DNA of 64,000 bases from an uncultured Prevotellaceae bacterium (lineage in GTDB: Bacteria; Bacteroidota; Bacteroidia; Bacteroidales; Bacteroidaceae), in contig CAMOTI010000155.1 of the NCBI GenBank assembly GCA_946625675.1, positions 3,543-67,542 of the forward strand. Direction: 5' to 3'. Shown piece after piece: positions 49,807-58,800 of the stretch. The notes under the pieces were generated by a model. The model had not been told where the DNA came from and did no database searches. It saw nothing but the letters and a program-made list of their open reading frames with translations. Positions within the stretch are counted from its first letter, which is position 1. Each line of letters starts with the position of its first letter. Made by a program: the position numbers and the translations under genes.

Positions 49807-51213
49807 CTACTCATGTCTTCTGTCGTAGTTCATCTTGCCGTTTTGCAGCACGTCGAAAAACAGTTTCGCGATATGCTCGCCGCCCTTGAAGTTCAGGTGG
49901 GTGAAGTCTTTTGCTGCCATGCCTTGTTTTTGTAATTCGGCTATGGCGCCGTCGCCGCCCAGCGCGTCGCGTAGGTTCCAGAACGCCACGCCGTTGTCGC
50001 TCGCCATCTTACGTTGGTAAGATATCAGGCTTTCCACGCCTCGCATCGTGTGGTAGCGGCCGTCGGCACCGCGTTTGGAGCGGTCGCTCGCTCCGAACAC
50101 AAGGAAGCTGCACTCGGGCAGATAGCTCTTCATCTTTTGTATCACCTTGCTGAAACGCTCCGTGTAGTTGCTGTAGTCCTTGCGCTTCTCCGAAGCCACG
50201 TTCAGTCCGAACTCGTAGATAATCAGGTCGTAGGGACGATATTTGGCGATGGCGGTAAGGAAGTCGCCAGGAATGGTCTCCAGGTTCATGCCGGGGCTGC
50301 CGCGGAGGCTGTAGTTGTCCACGCAGATGCCGTGGCGGCCGTCGAGCGTCATCCCGTAAACAATGCCGGAACCGCTGGCTTGAAGACTCGCCTTTGTGAT
50401 GCTGTCGCCAGGAAGCGTGAAGCACTGAATGCCCAGGTTGTCATGGGTGTTGATGGACTGGGGCTGGCCCCCGTTCAGACTGAGTGACAGGGTCAGCGGG
50501 TTGGTGTTGTTATACCACACGCTCACTACGTCGGCATAGGTCAGGGTCTCAGGATAGTTCTGGTTCTGGCAGGTCAGCGTGAAAGTGGCGTTGGGGCCGG
50601 GTATGAAATAGCTGCTGGCCATGCTCTGGTTTGCGGAGTTGAAGCCGCGCTTGTCGGTTGAGTGGTGCTTCTCCCAGCCGCTGTTGCTGTTGCGGACGGT
50701 GTTGCGGAAACCTTCGCTCACGCACGACACCTCCACGAATCCCACTCCGCGGCCGCCGTATTCGCTCTGGAGCAGGTGGCGGAGGGCGGAGGTCAGGATG
50801 TCGCCTTCGATATACGAGTCGCCGAAAACGGCGATTCTTACCAAGCGGCTCCCGCTCTCGTCAAGTGCCTTGTAGAAGCGGTCCATCTCGCGGTGGACGC
50901 CGGTGGAGTCGGCGAAGTCCTCGATGGCGATCATGCCTTCGGGAATGCTGTCTTTATAGTCTAATTTCACAACCTCGGGAGCAGGACCGGCTATGGCCAT
51001 CGAGTCCACGAATCCCTGAAGGCTGTCTATCATCAACTCTGCCAGCACATTGCCTGCCGAGTCCTTCTCCAGGATGTCGCTAAGCACGTCCACCCGTCGC
51101 ATCGTCTTGTCAAAAATTGTGATACGCGGGAGGAAAAAGAGCAGCGAAAGGAGGAGGAGTGTGATGAGCGTGAGATAAAAAGACTTACGGATATAGTTCT
51201 TTTTGGGTTTCAT
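49807..51213 (-). CDS. SGNH/GDSL hydrolase-fold protein, membrane-anchored (AlgJ/AlgX/PatB-like partner of MBOAT)
   Basis: N-terminal TM anchor. Block I is IAVFGDSYIEGD. It lies immediately upstream of the MBOAT gene. Confidence 0.75.
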   Translation of the reverse strand: MKPKKNYIRKSFYLTLITLLLLSLLFFLPRITIFDKTMRRVDVLSDILEKDSAGNVLAELMIDSLQGFVDSMAIAGPAPEVVKLDYKDSIPEGMIAIEDFADSTGVHREMDRFYKALDESGSRLVRIAVFGDSYIEGDILTSALRHLLQSEYGGRGVGFVEVSCVSEGFRNTVRNSNSGWEKHHSTDKRGFNSANQSMASSYFIPGPNATFTLTCQNQNYPETLTYADVVSVWYNNTNPLTLSLSLNGGQPQSINTHDNLGIQCFTLPGDSITKASLQASGSGIVYGMTLDGRHGICVDNYSLRGSPGMNLETIPGDFLTAIAKYRPYDLIIYEFGLNVASEKRKDYSNYTERFSKVIQKMKSYLPECSFLVFGASDRSKRGADGRYHTMRGVESLISYQRKMASDNGVAFWNLRDALGGDGAIAELQKQGMAAKDFTHLNFKGGEHIAKLFFDVLQNGKMNYDRRHE

Positions 51214-51304
51214 TCTCTTTCTGTTGCAATGTATCTCTTACCTTAAAAAATCGTATAAACAGTCTAAATAGTAGCCTGCTTTTTTCGTTTGCCGAAATTT
51301 TTTG

Positions 51305-51335
51305 CAAAGTTACGAAAAAACGAGTGAAGTGCAAA
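51305..51335 (-). promoter_or_regulatory. Bacteroidetes promoter (-33 TTTG, 19-nt spacer, -7 TAACTTTG) for the SGNH-MBOAT genes
   Basis: On the minus strand, TTTG is at 51332-51335 and TAACTTTG at 51305-51312, about 92 nt upstream of the ATG at 51213. Confidence 0.65.
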
Positions 51336-51401
51336 AGAAAAGCTTGCTTTTATTTTGTATTTCCGAGTGCAAGTAACTTCGGCGAAGCCAAATTACGAAA
51401 A

Positions 51402-51456
51402 AAAGTGATGATAACGTGAGACAAATACTTCTTTTGTCTCACGTTATCATCACTTT
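51402..51456 (-). terminator. rho-independent terminator of the trp operon
   Basis: Perfect 24-bp inverted repeat AAAGTGATGATAACGTGAGACAAA / TTTGTCTCACGTTATCATCACTTT with a 7-nt loop. On the minus strand it runs into TTTTTTTCG. It lies about 80 nt after the trpA stop. Confidence 0.85.
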
Positions 51457-51536
51457 CTGATGTGTATTTACGATTTGCTCTTTACTTCCGCATATATCAA
51501 TCGCAAGTCTTCCCCTCTCTTTCGCTCTTCCTCCTC

Positions 51537-52310
51537 TCAGTTCTTCAGTGCCTCATGTAGCATGTCGATGGCTGCTTTGGGGTCGAGCGTGTTTTCGTAG
51601 AGGCTTACGAACTTCGAACCGATGATGGCGCCGGAGGCATTACGCTGGGCCGCTTCCAGTGTCTGGCGGTTAGATATGCCGAACCCGATCATGCGGGGAT
51701 TGTGAAGCTGCATGGCATTGATGCGCTCGAAATATTGCTGCTTGACCTGGTCGAACGACTTCTGGGCTCCGGTGGTCGCTGCCGAAGAAACCATGTATAT
51801 GAAGCCGTCGGTGTGCTCGTCGATGAAGCGGATGCGCTCGTCGCTTGTCTCGGGGGTGATGAGCATGATGATGCGAAGGTTGTGGCGGTCGGCCACGGGC
51901 TTGAAATCCTCCATATAGTCCTTGAAAGGCAGGTCGGGGATGATCACGCCGTCTATGCCCACTTCGTTGCAACGCGCGCAGAAGGCTTCGAAACCGAAAT
52001 GCATGATGGGGTTCAGGTAGCCCATCAGCAGCAGAGGGATGTCCACTTTCTCACGGATGCCTTCCAGCTGGCTGAACAGCAACTGAAGCGTCATACCGTT
52101 CGACAGGGCTTTTGTCGCTGCGTTCTGGATGACCACACCGTCGGCCATCGGATCGGAGAAGGGGATGCCAACCTCTATCATGTCCACACCGTTGTTCGCG
52201 AGTGTCGTGATGGTCTCCACGGTTCCGTCAAGCGTGGGGTGACCGGCGCAGAAGTATATCGACAGGATGTTCTGCCGTTTCTCGATAAATAACTTGTTGA
52301 TTCTGTTCAT
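51537..52310 (-). CDS. trpA: tryptophan synthase alpha chain
   Basis: 257 aa with a TrpA-like sequence (GVDMIEVGIPFSDPMADGVVIQ). 4-nt overlap with trpF. Confidence 0.93.
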   Translation of the reverse strand: MNRINKLFIEKRQNILSIYFCAGHPTLDGTVETITTLANNGVDMIEVGIPFSDPMADGVVIQNAATKALSNGMTLQLLFSQLEGIREKVDIPLLLMGYLNPIMHFGFEAFCARCNEVGIDGVIIPDLPFKDYMEDFKPVADRHNLRIIMLITPETSDERIRFIDEHTDGFIYMVSSAATTGAQKSFDQVKQQYFERINAMQLHNPRMIGFGISNRQTLEAAQRNASGAIIGSKFVSLYENTLDPKAAIDMLHEALKN

Positions 52311-52927
52311 GTTGTTCGTATTTTGTTGATGAATGTTCTTAGTTTGTCTGTGTCTTTCAAACCTGGCGACAGCTCGAACCGTGAGTTCAGGTCAATGCCG
52401 GCAAAGCTGGGATGGGTGAGGGTCTGGATTTCTTCTGCGTCGTCGGGACCGATGCCGCCGGTGAGGATGAACGGTTTGGTGCCTTCGTATTGCTCCAGCA
52501 GCGACCAGTCGAATTTTTTTCCGCTCCCGCCATAGCCGCTGCATGGGCTTTCAAAGAGGAAATAGTCCACGAACGGGGTATATGCTGTGGTTGCTTTCAT
52601 GTCTGACTTGCTGGATATCCCCACCATCTTGATGAGGCCAAGGTCATGGGGCAGGACTGCACGCAGGCGACTGCAAAACGCTGGACTTTCGTCACCGTGC
52701 AGCTGGACATAATTGAGTCCAAACTCCTCTGTTTTCTGCAAAATCTCCTCCATCGTGCTGTTCACGAACACGCCCACACGCTGGCATTGTTCCGGCAGAT
52801 ACTCCTGACGTTCGCTCACAAACCGGCTGGAGGGCCTGTAGAAGATGAACCCCATCCAATCCACGCCCAGCGCTTCCACTTCACGGATATTCTCCGCATC
52901 TCGCATTCCGCATACTTTGATAATCAT
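52307..52927 (-). CDS. trpF: phosphoribosylanthranilate isomerase
   Basis: 206 aa with the MIIKVCGM start typical of PRAI. Operon context supports the call. Confidence 0.9.
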   Translation of the reverse strand: MIIKVCGMRDAENIREVEALGVDWMGFIFYRPSSRFVSERQEYLPEQCQRVGVFVNSTMEEILQKTEEFGLNYVQLHGDESPAFCSRLRAVLPHDLGLIKMVGISSKSDMKATTAYTPFVDYFLFESPCSGYGGSGKKFDWSLLEQYEGTKPFILTGGIGPDDAEEIQTLTHPSFAGIDLNSRFELSPGLKDTDKLRTFINKIRTT

Positions 52928-52990
52928 TTCTCAGTTGGGAGTTTAGAATGAAGAGTGATTTCTGTCGGGTGTTTTAACATTAACCATTGA

Positions 52991-53120
52991 GCTTCAAACC
53001 AATAGAGTATCCTCATTAAACTTTAAAACTTAAACTTTAAACTATAAATGAAATGGGCTTCAAACTAATAAAGTATTCTCATTAAACTTTAAACCTTAAA
53101 CTTTAAACTATAAATGAAAT
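52991..53120. repeat. 2 x 66-bp tandem duplication that includes the 3' end of trpC
   Basis: The GCTTCAAACYAATARAGTATYCTCATTAAACTTTAAAMCTTAAACTTTAAACTATAAATGAAAT units start at 52991 and 53057. The second copy encodes the trpC C-terminus ...NFIYSLKFKV*. Confidence 0.88.
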
Positions 53121-53898
53121 TCCCAAGTGCCTGGCCTGGGTCGTCATGGCGCATAAACGTCTCTCCGATAAGGAATCCCCTGAATCCGGCCTCGCGCAGT
53201 TCCCGCACTGTCTGTGGCTGGCTGATGCCGCTTTCCGACACGAGCACATAGTCTTTGGGCAGTAGTGATGCCAGCTGGAAGGAGGTTGCTACGTCGGTGT
53301 GGAACGTACCCAGGTGGCGGTTGTTCACGCCCACCATGTCGATGTCGTCGCCCACGTAGTCCAGCTCTGCTTCTGTGTGGATTTCCAGCAGGGTCTCAAG
53401 CCCTAACTCGTGGGCGGTGTGGGCCAATGCCCTGCATTCCTCTTGCTTCAAGTCGCTGGCTATCAACAAGACTATGTCGGCGCCGATCAGCCGGGCCTCG
53501 AACAGCTGGTATTCGTCCACGATGAAGTCTTTCCGCAGAATCGGTGTGTCGCCTACCAGCGGACGGGCTGTCCTCACAAATTCCTGACATCCACCGAAAT
53601 ACTTCTCGTCGGTCAGTATCGACAGGCCGCTTGCGCCGTGGCTGGCGTACGAAGGAGGAATCACGTCGGGACGACCGCTTTCCTTGATCCAGTCTTTCGA
53701 TGGCGAACGCCGCTTGAACTCCGCGATGATGCCGGAGTCTGACTTCCGGAGGCGGTCCGACAGGGAGATGACCTCATGCGCTCCGGCTTCGATGCTGGCC
53801 TCAACCTCTTTATATAGCATGGCTGCGGGTTTCAGCAGCTTTGCCCTGCCTACTTCAATCCGCTTATGCGCTACAATCTCCTCTAATATGTCGCTCAT
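53089..53898 (-). CDS. trpC: indole-3-glycerol phosphate synthase
   Basis: ILEEIVAHKRIEV and IAEFKRRSPSKD motifs. Start taken at MSDILEE (53898); the ORF is open to 53928 through repeat sequence. Confidence 0.9.
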   Translation of the reverse strand: MSDILEEIVAHKRIEVGRAKLLKPAAMLYKEVEASIEAGAHEVISLSDRLRKSDSGIIAEFKRRSPSKDWIKESGRPDVIPPSYASHGASGLSILTDEKYFGGCQEFVRTARPLVGDTPILRKDFIVDEYQLFEARLIGADIVLLIASDLKQEECRALAHTAHELGLETLLEIHTEAELDYVGDDIDMVGVNNRHLGTFHTDVATSFQLASLLPKDYVLVSESGISQPQTVRELREAGFRGFLIGETFMRHDDPGQALGNFIYSLKFKV

Positions 53899-53923
53899 AT
53901 GAAAATAATTAAATTGATTAATA

Positions 53924-53961
53924 GCCAAATAAATAGTAAATCGTAAATGGTAAATCGTAAA
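53924..53961 (+). repeat. CCAAATAAATAGTAAAT + (CGTAAAT)n word block abutting the trpD stop
   Basis: ccaaataaatagtaaatcgtaaatggtaaatcgtaaat. Confidence 0.85.
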
Positions 53962-54957
53962 TCAACTATTGATTTCCACGAATTTCTTGAAGGTGGCCAG
54001 AGCCCGTCCGCTGTCAAGCGACTCGCGGGCCTCGGCTATCGACTCGTCTATGCTCTTGTTGTAGTCCATCACGCTGATTCCGCAGGCAGCATTGGCAAGG
54101 ATCACGCTTTTTTGAGCCTCGGTGCAAGTGCCTTCCAGCACGCTGTCGAAGATTTTCTTGGCGTCCTCAGCGGTGTCGCCACCATAAATATCCTTGGGTT
54201 TCACGTAGTTCAGACCCATGTCCTTCGGCGTGTAGACTTTCTCAAACACGTTTGTAGAGAACTTGAAGCCGCTGGTCAGCGAAATTTCGTCGTAACCGTC
54301 GTAGCTGGTCACCACGCCGAAGTTGTCACCGATTTTCTGGTGGATGTTCGTGTACAGGCGCATCTGGCTCTGGTTGGCGGTGCCGTGAAGGGAGTTCTTC
54401 GGACGGCAAGGGTTCACCAGCGGGCCCAGCAGGTTGAAGCAGGTGGGCACCTGAAGGGCTTTGCGTGTCGGTCCCACGAACTTCATGCCATAGGCGAACA
54501 GGGGGGCATGCAGATAACAGATGCCGGCCTCGTCCAGCGACCGGCGAAGCGTGTCTGTGTCGTCGGTGAACTTCACGCCATGACCCTGAAGCACCGTGCT
54601 CGCACCGCTCACCGATGTGCTCGCCCCGTTTCCGTGTTTCGTCACCTTGTAGCCTGCGCCGGCTATCACGAAGGCGGAACATGTGGATATGTTGAACGTG
54701 TTTTTGCAGTCGCCACCTGTGCCTACGATGTCAAGCGTGTCGTAGTCGTCAAGATCCACGCGCTTGCCCGTTTCAAGTAGGGCGTCGCGGAACCCCAGCA
54801 GTTCGTCCACACTCACACCGTGCATCTGGATGCCCATCAGGAGCGCAGCTATCTGCTGCACGTTGTATTTCTCCTGGGTGATATTGAGCATTATCTCGTA
54901 TGTCTCCTTGCGGTCCAATTCCTTGCCCGCCACCAGTTTCTCTAAATAATTTTTCAT
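53962..54957 (-). CDS. trpD: anthranilate phosphoribosyltransferase
   Basis: 331 aa with DIVGTGGDCKNTFNIS and KHGN motifs. Confidence 0.93.
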   Translation of the reverse strand: MKNYLEKLVAGKELDRKETYEIMLNITQEKYNVQQIAALLMGIQMHGVSVDELLGFRDALLETGKRVDLDDYDTLDIVGTGGDCKNTFNISTCSAFVIAGAGYKVTKHGNGASTSVSGASTVLQGHGVKFTDDTDTLRRSLDEAGICYLHAPLFAYGMKFVGPTRKALQVPTCFNLLGPLVNPCRPKNSLHGTANQSQMRLYTNIHQKIGDNFGVVTSYDGYDEISLTSGFKFSTNVFEKVYTPKDMGLNYVKPKDIYGGDTAEDAKKIFDSVLEGTCTEAQKSVILANAACGISVMDYNKSIDESIAEARESLDSGRALATFKKFVEINS

Positions 54958-54974
54958 TTGTTTATTATTTTATT

Positions 54975-55054
54975 GGAAGTAAAATTGGAAGTAAAAAAAG
55001 GAATAAAAAATAGAAGTAGAAGTGTAAGTAAAAGTGTAAGTAAAAATGGAAATA
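54975..55054. repeat. purine-rich degenerate word array (GGAAGTAAAA / AGTGTAAGTAAAA) in the trpG-trpD spacer
   Basis: ggaagtaaaattggaagtaaaaaaaggaataaaaaatagaagtagaagtgtaagtaaaagtgtaagtaaaaatggaaata. Confidence 0.75.
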
Positions 55055-55096
55055 CCATTGTCTATGGACTTTGCGAACTTAGAAGCCATTAGAATG

Positions 55097-55152
55097 AGTA
55101 AATACACTTTTCACTTTTCACTATTCACTATTCACTTAAAATTATTCACTTA
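55097..55152 (+). repeat. 41-nt dispersed TTCACT element (copy 1) plus extra units reaching the trpG stop
   Basis: agtaaatacacttttcacttttcactattcactattcactt at 55097-55137. It matches 60847-60887 with 1 mismatch. Confidence 0.9.
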
Positions 55153-55713
55153 ATTTTCCATCCAGTTCTTGATGATTTGTTTTCCGTCCTTAGTCAGCAC
55201 GCTCTCCGGATGGAACTGAATGCCCCGGATGTCATACTGCTTGTGGCGCATCGACATGATATATCCTTCCTCGCTTATGCTCGTCACCTCCAGGCACTCG
55301 GGCAGTCCTTCGTAGCGTACCACCCATGAGTGGTAGCGGCCGACTTCCAGTGTGTCGGGCAGTCCTTCGAAGATGTAGTCGTGGTTGGTCACTTTTGCTG
55401 GTGTCGCCACGCCGTGAAACACCTCGCTCAGGTTCGTCAGCTCACCTCCGAATGCCTCGCCGATGGCCTGGTGACCCAGGCAGACGCCCAGAATCGGCTT
55501 CTTGCCTGCATACCGACGGATCACATCGAGCAGCAGACCAGCCTCGCTCGGGATGCCAGGACCGGGAGAGAGGATGATCTTGTCAAACGGCTCCAGGGCA
55601 TCCAGCTCGAATTGGTCGTTACGATAGACGGTCACCTCGCCGCCCAGCTCTTTCACCAGGTGCGACAGGTTATACGTGAAACTGTCATAATTGTCTATGA
55701 TTACTGTCTTCAT
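55150..55713 (-). CDS. trpG: anthranilate synthase component II (glutamine amidotransferase)
   Basis: 187 aa with GVCLGHQ and the class-I GATase motif FHPES. Confidence 0.92.
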   Translation of the reverse strand: MKTVIIDNYDSFTYNLSHLVKELGGEVTVYRNDQFELDALEPFDKIILSPGPGIPSEAGLLLDVIRRYAGKKPILGVCLGHQAIGEAFGGELTNLSEVFHGVATPAKVTNHDYIFEGLPDTLEVGRYHSWVVRYEGLPECLEVTSISEEGYIMSMRHKQYDIRGIQFHPESVLTKDGKQIIKNWMEN

Positions 55714-55741
55714 AATGATTGTCTTAAATTATATGTGAATC

Positions 55742-55797
55742 ATGCCGAATTCTCAAATAGCTCTGTATGTGAGTTATGCCGAATTCTCAAATAGCTC
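55742..55797. repeat. 2 x 22-bp direct repeat ATGCCGAATTCTCAAATAGCTC (34-bp period) in the trpE-trpG spacer
   Basis: Exact copies at 55742-55763 and 55776-55797. Confidence 0.9.
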
Positions 55798-55820
55798 ATC
55801 CCGTTGGTAGAGTAACTATA

Positions 55821-55858
55821 AACTTCAAATTTCAAACCTCAAACCTCAAACCTCAAAG
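55821..55858. repeat. 7-bp word array (CCTCAAA x3 with degenerate flanks) containing the trpE stop codon
   Basis: aacttcaaatttcaaacctcaaacctcaaacctcaaag. Confidence 0.85.
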
Positions 55859-57256
55859 TATCTCTGCCATCTCTATCGCCTTGCGGAGCGCTCCAAGCTT
55901 GTTGTTCACTTCCTGCAGCTCATATTCTTCGTTGCTCTTGGCCACGATGCCGCCGCCGGCTTGAAACCACAGCTCGTTGTTGCGGCTGACGAACGTGCGG
56001 ATGGTAATGGCCTGGTTCAGGCTCCCATGCATGCCGATGAAGCCGATGCAGCCGCCATAGGCGCCACGGTTGTGGGGCTCGTACTCCGAGATGAGCTGCA
56101 TGGCACGGACCTTCGGTGCGCCCGACAAGGTGCCGGCGGGGAATGTGTCGATAAAGGCCTGGATTGGGTCGGCGCCTTCGTCCAGCTCGCCACTCACACG
56201 GCTCACAAGGTGAATCACGTGGGAGTAATACTGCATGTCCTTGTAGAAGTCAACCTTCACGTCATGACAGTTGCGGCTCAGGTCGTTACGGGCCAGGTCC
56301 ACCAGCATCACGTGCTCCGCGTTCTCTTTCGGGTCGTTCTTCAGATACAGCGCGTTCTTCCGGTCTTCTTCTGGGTTGCCCGTACGGCGGGTGGTGCCGG
56401 CGATGGGGTCGATATAGGCACGGCGGCCTTCTATCCGACAGTGGGTCTCGGGGGAGGAACCGAAGATGCGGAATCCGCCGAAGTCGAAATAGAAGAGGTA
56501 GGGCGAGGGGTTGATGCTTCTCAGTGCACGGTAGAGCTTGAAGTCGTCACCCTCATAGCGCTGGACAAAACGGCGTGACAGCACAATCTGGAATACGTCG
56601 CCCCGCAGGCAGTGTTCTATTCCCTTGCGTATGTTCGCCTTGTGGCCTTCGTCGGTCAGAGTCGAGCTACATTCGCCCACGGGGCGGAAGTCGTAGGCAT
56701 GGGCAGGGCGGTTCAGGATGTCGCTCTCCAGTACGTCAAGGTCGTCCTCCTCGCCTTCACCCAGCAACTCGATGATGAGCAGCTCGTTGCGGAAATGGTC
56801 GAAAACGATGATGTCCTTGTAGAGGATGTAAAGCAGGTCGGGGGCGTCGTTGGCCTCGCGGGTCTCGTCCTTCACCTCTATGTCCTCGAAATATCTGACG
56901 GAGTTGAACGACGTATAGCCGTAAAGCCCGCAGTAATTGCTGTGCTCGCCGCTGATGTCGAACGAACGGATGAAGTCGTTGATGGCCTGGGCCGATTGGT
57001 AGTCTTTGCTGACCGGCTTCTCGTCGCGTCGTCCGTCGGGGTATTCGTGGATGGCCATGCCGTGGCTGATGCTCACGCTGCCCATGGGGTGCACACCGAT
57101 AAACGACTTGGAGTTCTCGCCGCCGTGGTAGTCGGAGCTCTCCATCAGTGCAGACTGAGGATAGTCGTCACGGATTTTCATGTAGGCGCTCACTGGTGTC
57201 ACCATGTCTCCCAGCACTCTCTTGCATGCTGTCTGGAATTTGTAAATTCTCTCCAT
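55853..57256 (-). CDS. trpE: anthranilate synthase component I
   Basis: 467 aa with the chorismate-binding C-terminus (GTLSGAPKVRAM, GGGIVA). Confidence 0.93.
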   Translation of the reverse strand: MERIYKFQTACKRVLGDMVTPVSAYMKIRDDYPQSALMESSDYHGGENSKSFIGVHPMGSVSISHGMAIHEYPDGRRDEKPVSKDYQSAQAINDFIRSFDISGEHSNYCGLYGYTSFNSVRYFEDIEVKDETREANDAPDLLYILYKDIIVFDHFRNELLIIELLGEGEEDDLDVLESDILNRPAHAYDFRPVGECSSTLTDEGHKANIRKGIEHCLRGDVFQIVLSRRFVQRYEGDDFKLYRALRSINPSPYLFYFDFGGFRIFGSSPETHCRIEGRRAYIDPIAGTTRRTGNPEEDRKNALYLKNDPKENAEHVMLVDLARNDLSRNCHDVKVDFYKDMQYYSHVIHLVSRVSGELDEGADPIQAFIDTFPAGTLSGAPKVRAMQLISEYEPHNRGAYGGCIGFIGMHGSLNQAITIRTFVSRNNELWFQAGGGIVAKSNEEYELQEVNNKLGALRKAIEMAEIL

Positions 57257-57277
57257 AATTTTTTTTAGTGTCTTTTT

Positions 57278-57358
57278 TTCTGATTATTCTGAGTACTCTG
57301 ATTTCTCCGAGTACTCTGATTACTCCGATTATTCCTGATTATATTTGATATTCTCTGA
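57278..57358. repeat. degenerate 9-bp word array (YTCYGAKTA), 9 units, in the trpB-trpE spacer
   Basis: ttctgatta|ttctgagta|ctctgattt|ctccgagta|ctctgatta|ctccgatta|ttcctgatt|atatttgat|attctctga. Confidence 0.9.
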
Positions 57359-57394
57359 ATATACCATATCCTAAACTAATATCACTCTAAACTC

Positions 57395-58576
57395 TCAACT
57401 CTTAAAATACTTCAAGTAAGTCCCCATGTCCTTGTCGCCTCTGCCGCTCACGGTGAGCACCACCACGTCGTCCTTTTTGAACTGCAACTTAGGCAGTGCG
57501 CCCAGCGCGTGGGCGGATTCCAGTGCGGGGATGATGCCTTCGGTGCGTGTGAGCTCCATTGCGGCGGCCAGGGCTTCGTCGTCGTTCACGGCAAGCACTT
57601 GTGCCCGTCCGGTCTCGTAGAGATTGCAGTGGATAGGTCCTGTGCCGGGGTAGTCCAGGCCGGCAGAGATGCTGTAGGGTTCCACGATCTGTCCGTCCTC
57701 GGTCTGCATCAGCTTGATGCGCGAGCCGTGGAGGATGCCGGTGGTGCCTATCTCCATAGACGCGGCGGTCTGGGCTGTGTCGATACCCATGCCGCCTGCC
57801 TCGGCCAGTACGATCTTCACGTGTTCGTTGTCGAGAAAATGGTAGATGCTGCCGGCTGCGTTCGAGCCGCCACCCACGCAGGCTATCAGGTAGTCGGGAT
57901 AGTTGCGGCCGGTCTTCTCTTCCAGTTGCCACAGGATTTCCTCTGAGATGACGCTCTGAAGCCTCGCCACCATGTCGGGGTAGGGGTGAGGACCCACCGT
58001 TGAGCCTATAATATAGAAGGTGTCGGAGGGGTGGCAACACCAGTCACGGATGGCTTCGTTCGTCGCGTCCTTCAGCGTCATGTTGCCGGAGCGGACAGGG
58101 CAAACCTCGGCTCCAAGCATCTTCATGCGCTCTACGTTAGGACGCTGACGCTTCACGTCGGTGGCTCCCATATACACGGTGCAGGGCATGTCCATCAGCG
58201 CGCAGGCGGTGGCGGTGGCCACTCCGTGCTGACCGGCTCCCGTCTCAGCGATGATGCGGGTCTTGCCCATCTGCTTCGCTATCAATATCTGTCCTAAGGA
58301 GTTGTTGATTTTGTGGGCACCCGTGTGGTTCAGGTCCTCGCGTTTCAGATACAGGCGGCACCCGTATTTCTCGCTCATTCGCTTGGCGAAATAGAGTGGG
58401 GAGGGGCGGCCCACATAGTCGCGGAGCAGCGTGTGGAACTCCGACTTGAACGATTCACTTTCGATGATGGGAAGATAGGCTTCCTTCAGATTCTCTACGG
58501 TCTTGTACAGAATTTCGGGCACGTAAGCACCTCCGTAAGTCCCGTAGAAGCCGTACTGGTCTACTTGATAATTCAT
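57395..58576 (-). CDS. trpB: tryptophan synthase beta chain
   Basis: 393 aa with the PLP lysine motif [11 protein letters not shown], plus GGGSNA. Confidence 0.95.
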   Translation of the reverse strand: MNYQVDQYGFYGTYGGAYVPEILYKTVENLKEAYLPIIESESFKSEFHTLLRDYVGRPSPLYFAKRMSEKYGCRLYLKREDLNHTGAHKINNSLGQILIAKQMGKTRIIAETGAGQHGVATATACALMDMPCTVYMGATDVKRQRPNVERMKMLGAEVCPVRSGNMTLKDATNEAIRDWCCHPSDTFYIIGSTVGPHPYPDMVARLQSVISEEILWQLEEKTGRNYPDYLIACVGGGSNAAGSIYHFLDNEHVKIVLAEAGGMGIDTAQTAASMEIGTTGILHGSRIKLMQTEDGQIVEPYSISAGLDYPGTGPIHCNLYETGRAQVLAVNDDEALAAAMELTRTEGIIPALESAHALGALPKLQFKKDDVVVLTVSGRGDKDMGTYLKYFKS

Positions 58577-58620
58577 ATAGTATGGATAATTTTTGTTTGT
58601 GGGGGGTGAAAAAAAGTAAA

Positions 58621-58651
58621 CGGAGCCTGTCGTAAAGTTCGACAGGCTCCG
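58621..58651 (-). terminator. attenuator terminator in the trp leader, just upstream of trpB
   Basis: 12-bp GC-rich stem CGGAGCCTGTCG / CGACAGGCTCCG with a 7-nt loop. On the minus strand it is followed by TTTACTTTTTTT. It ends about 45 nt before the trpB ATG (58576). proS already has its own terminator further upstream. Confidence 0.65.
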
Positions 58652-58723
58652 TGCTTATAATTCTCTCTCTATTCTTATTTCTTGATAGTTATGGCAAATT
58701 AATTTACGGCAGCAACAATCGGC

Positions 58724-58783
58724 TTACGACTTTATCGGTCTTAAGCTCTGCCATCGCCAATATTTGCTGCTATTTACTTGCAT
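58724..58783 (-). CDS. candidate trp operon leader peptide MQVNSSKYWRWQSLRPIKS
   Basis: 19-codon ORF on the operon strand with two Trp codons (TGG CGA TGG; + strand cca tcg cca at 58751-58759). It ends 72 nt upstream of the attenuator hairpin. Confidence 0.4.
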   Translation of the reverse strand: MQVNSSKYWRWQSLRPIKS

Positions 58784-58800
58784 TTTCTTTAAATTTTCTG

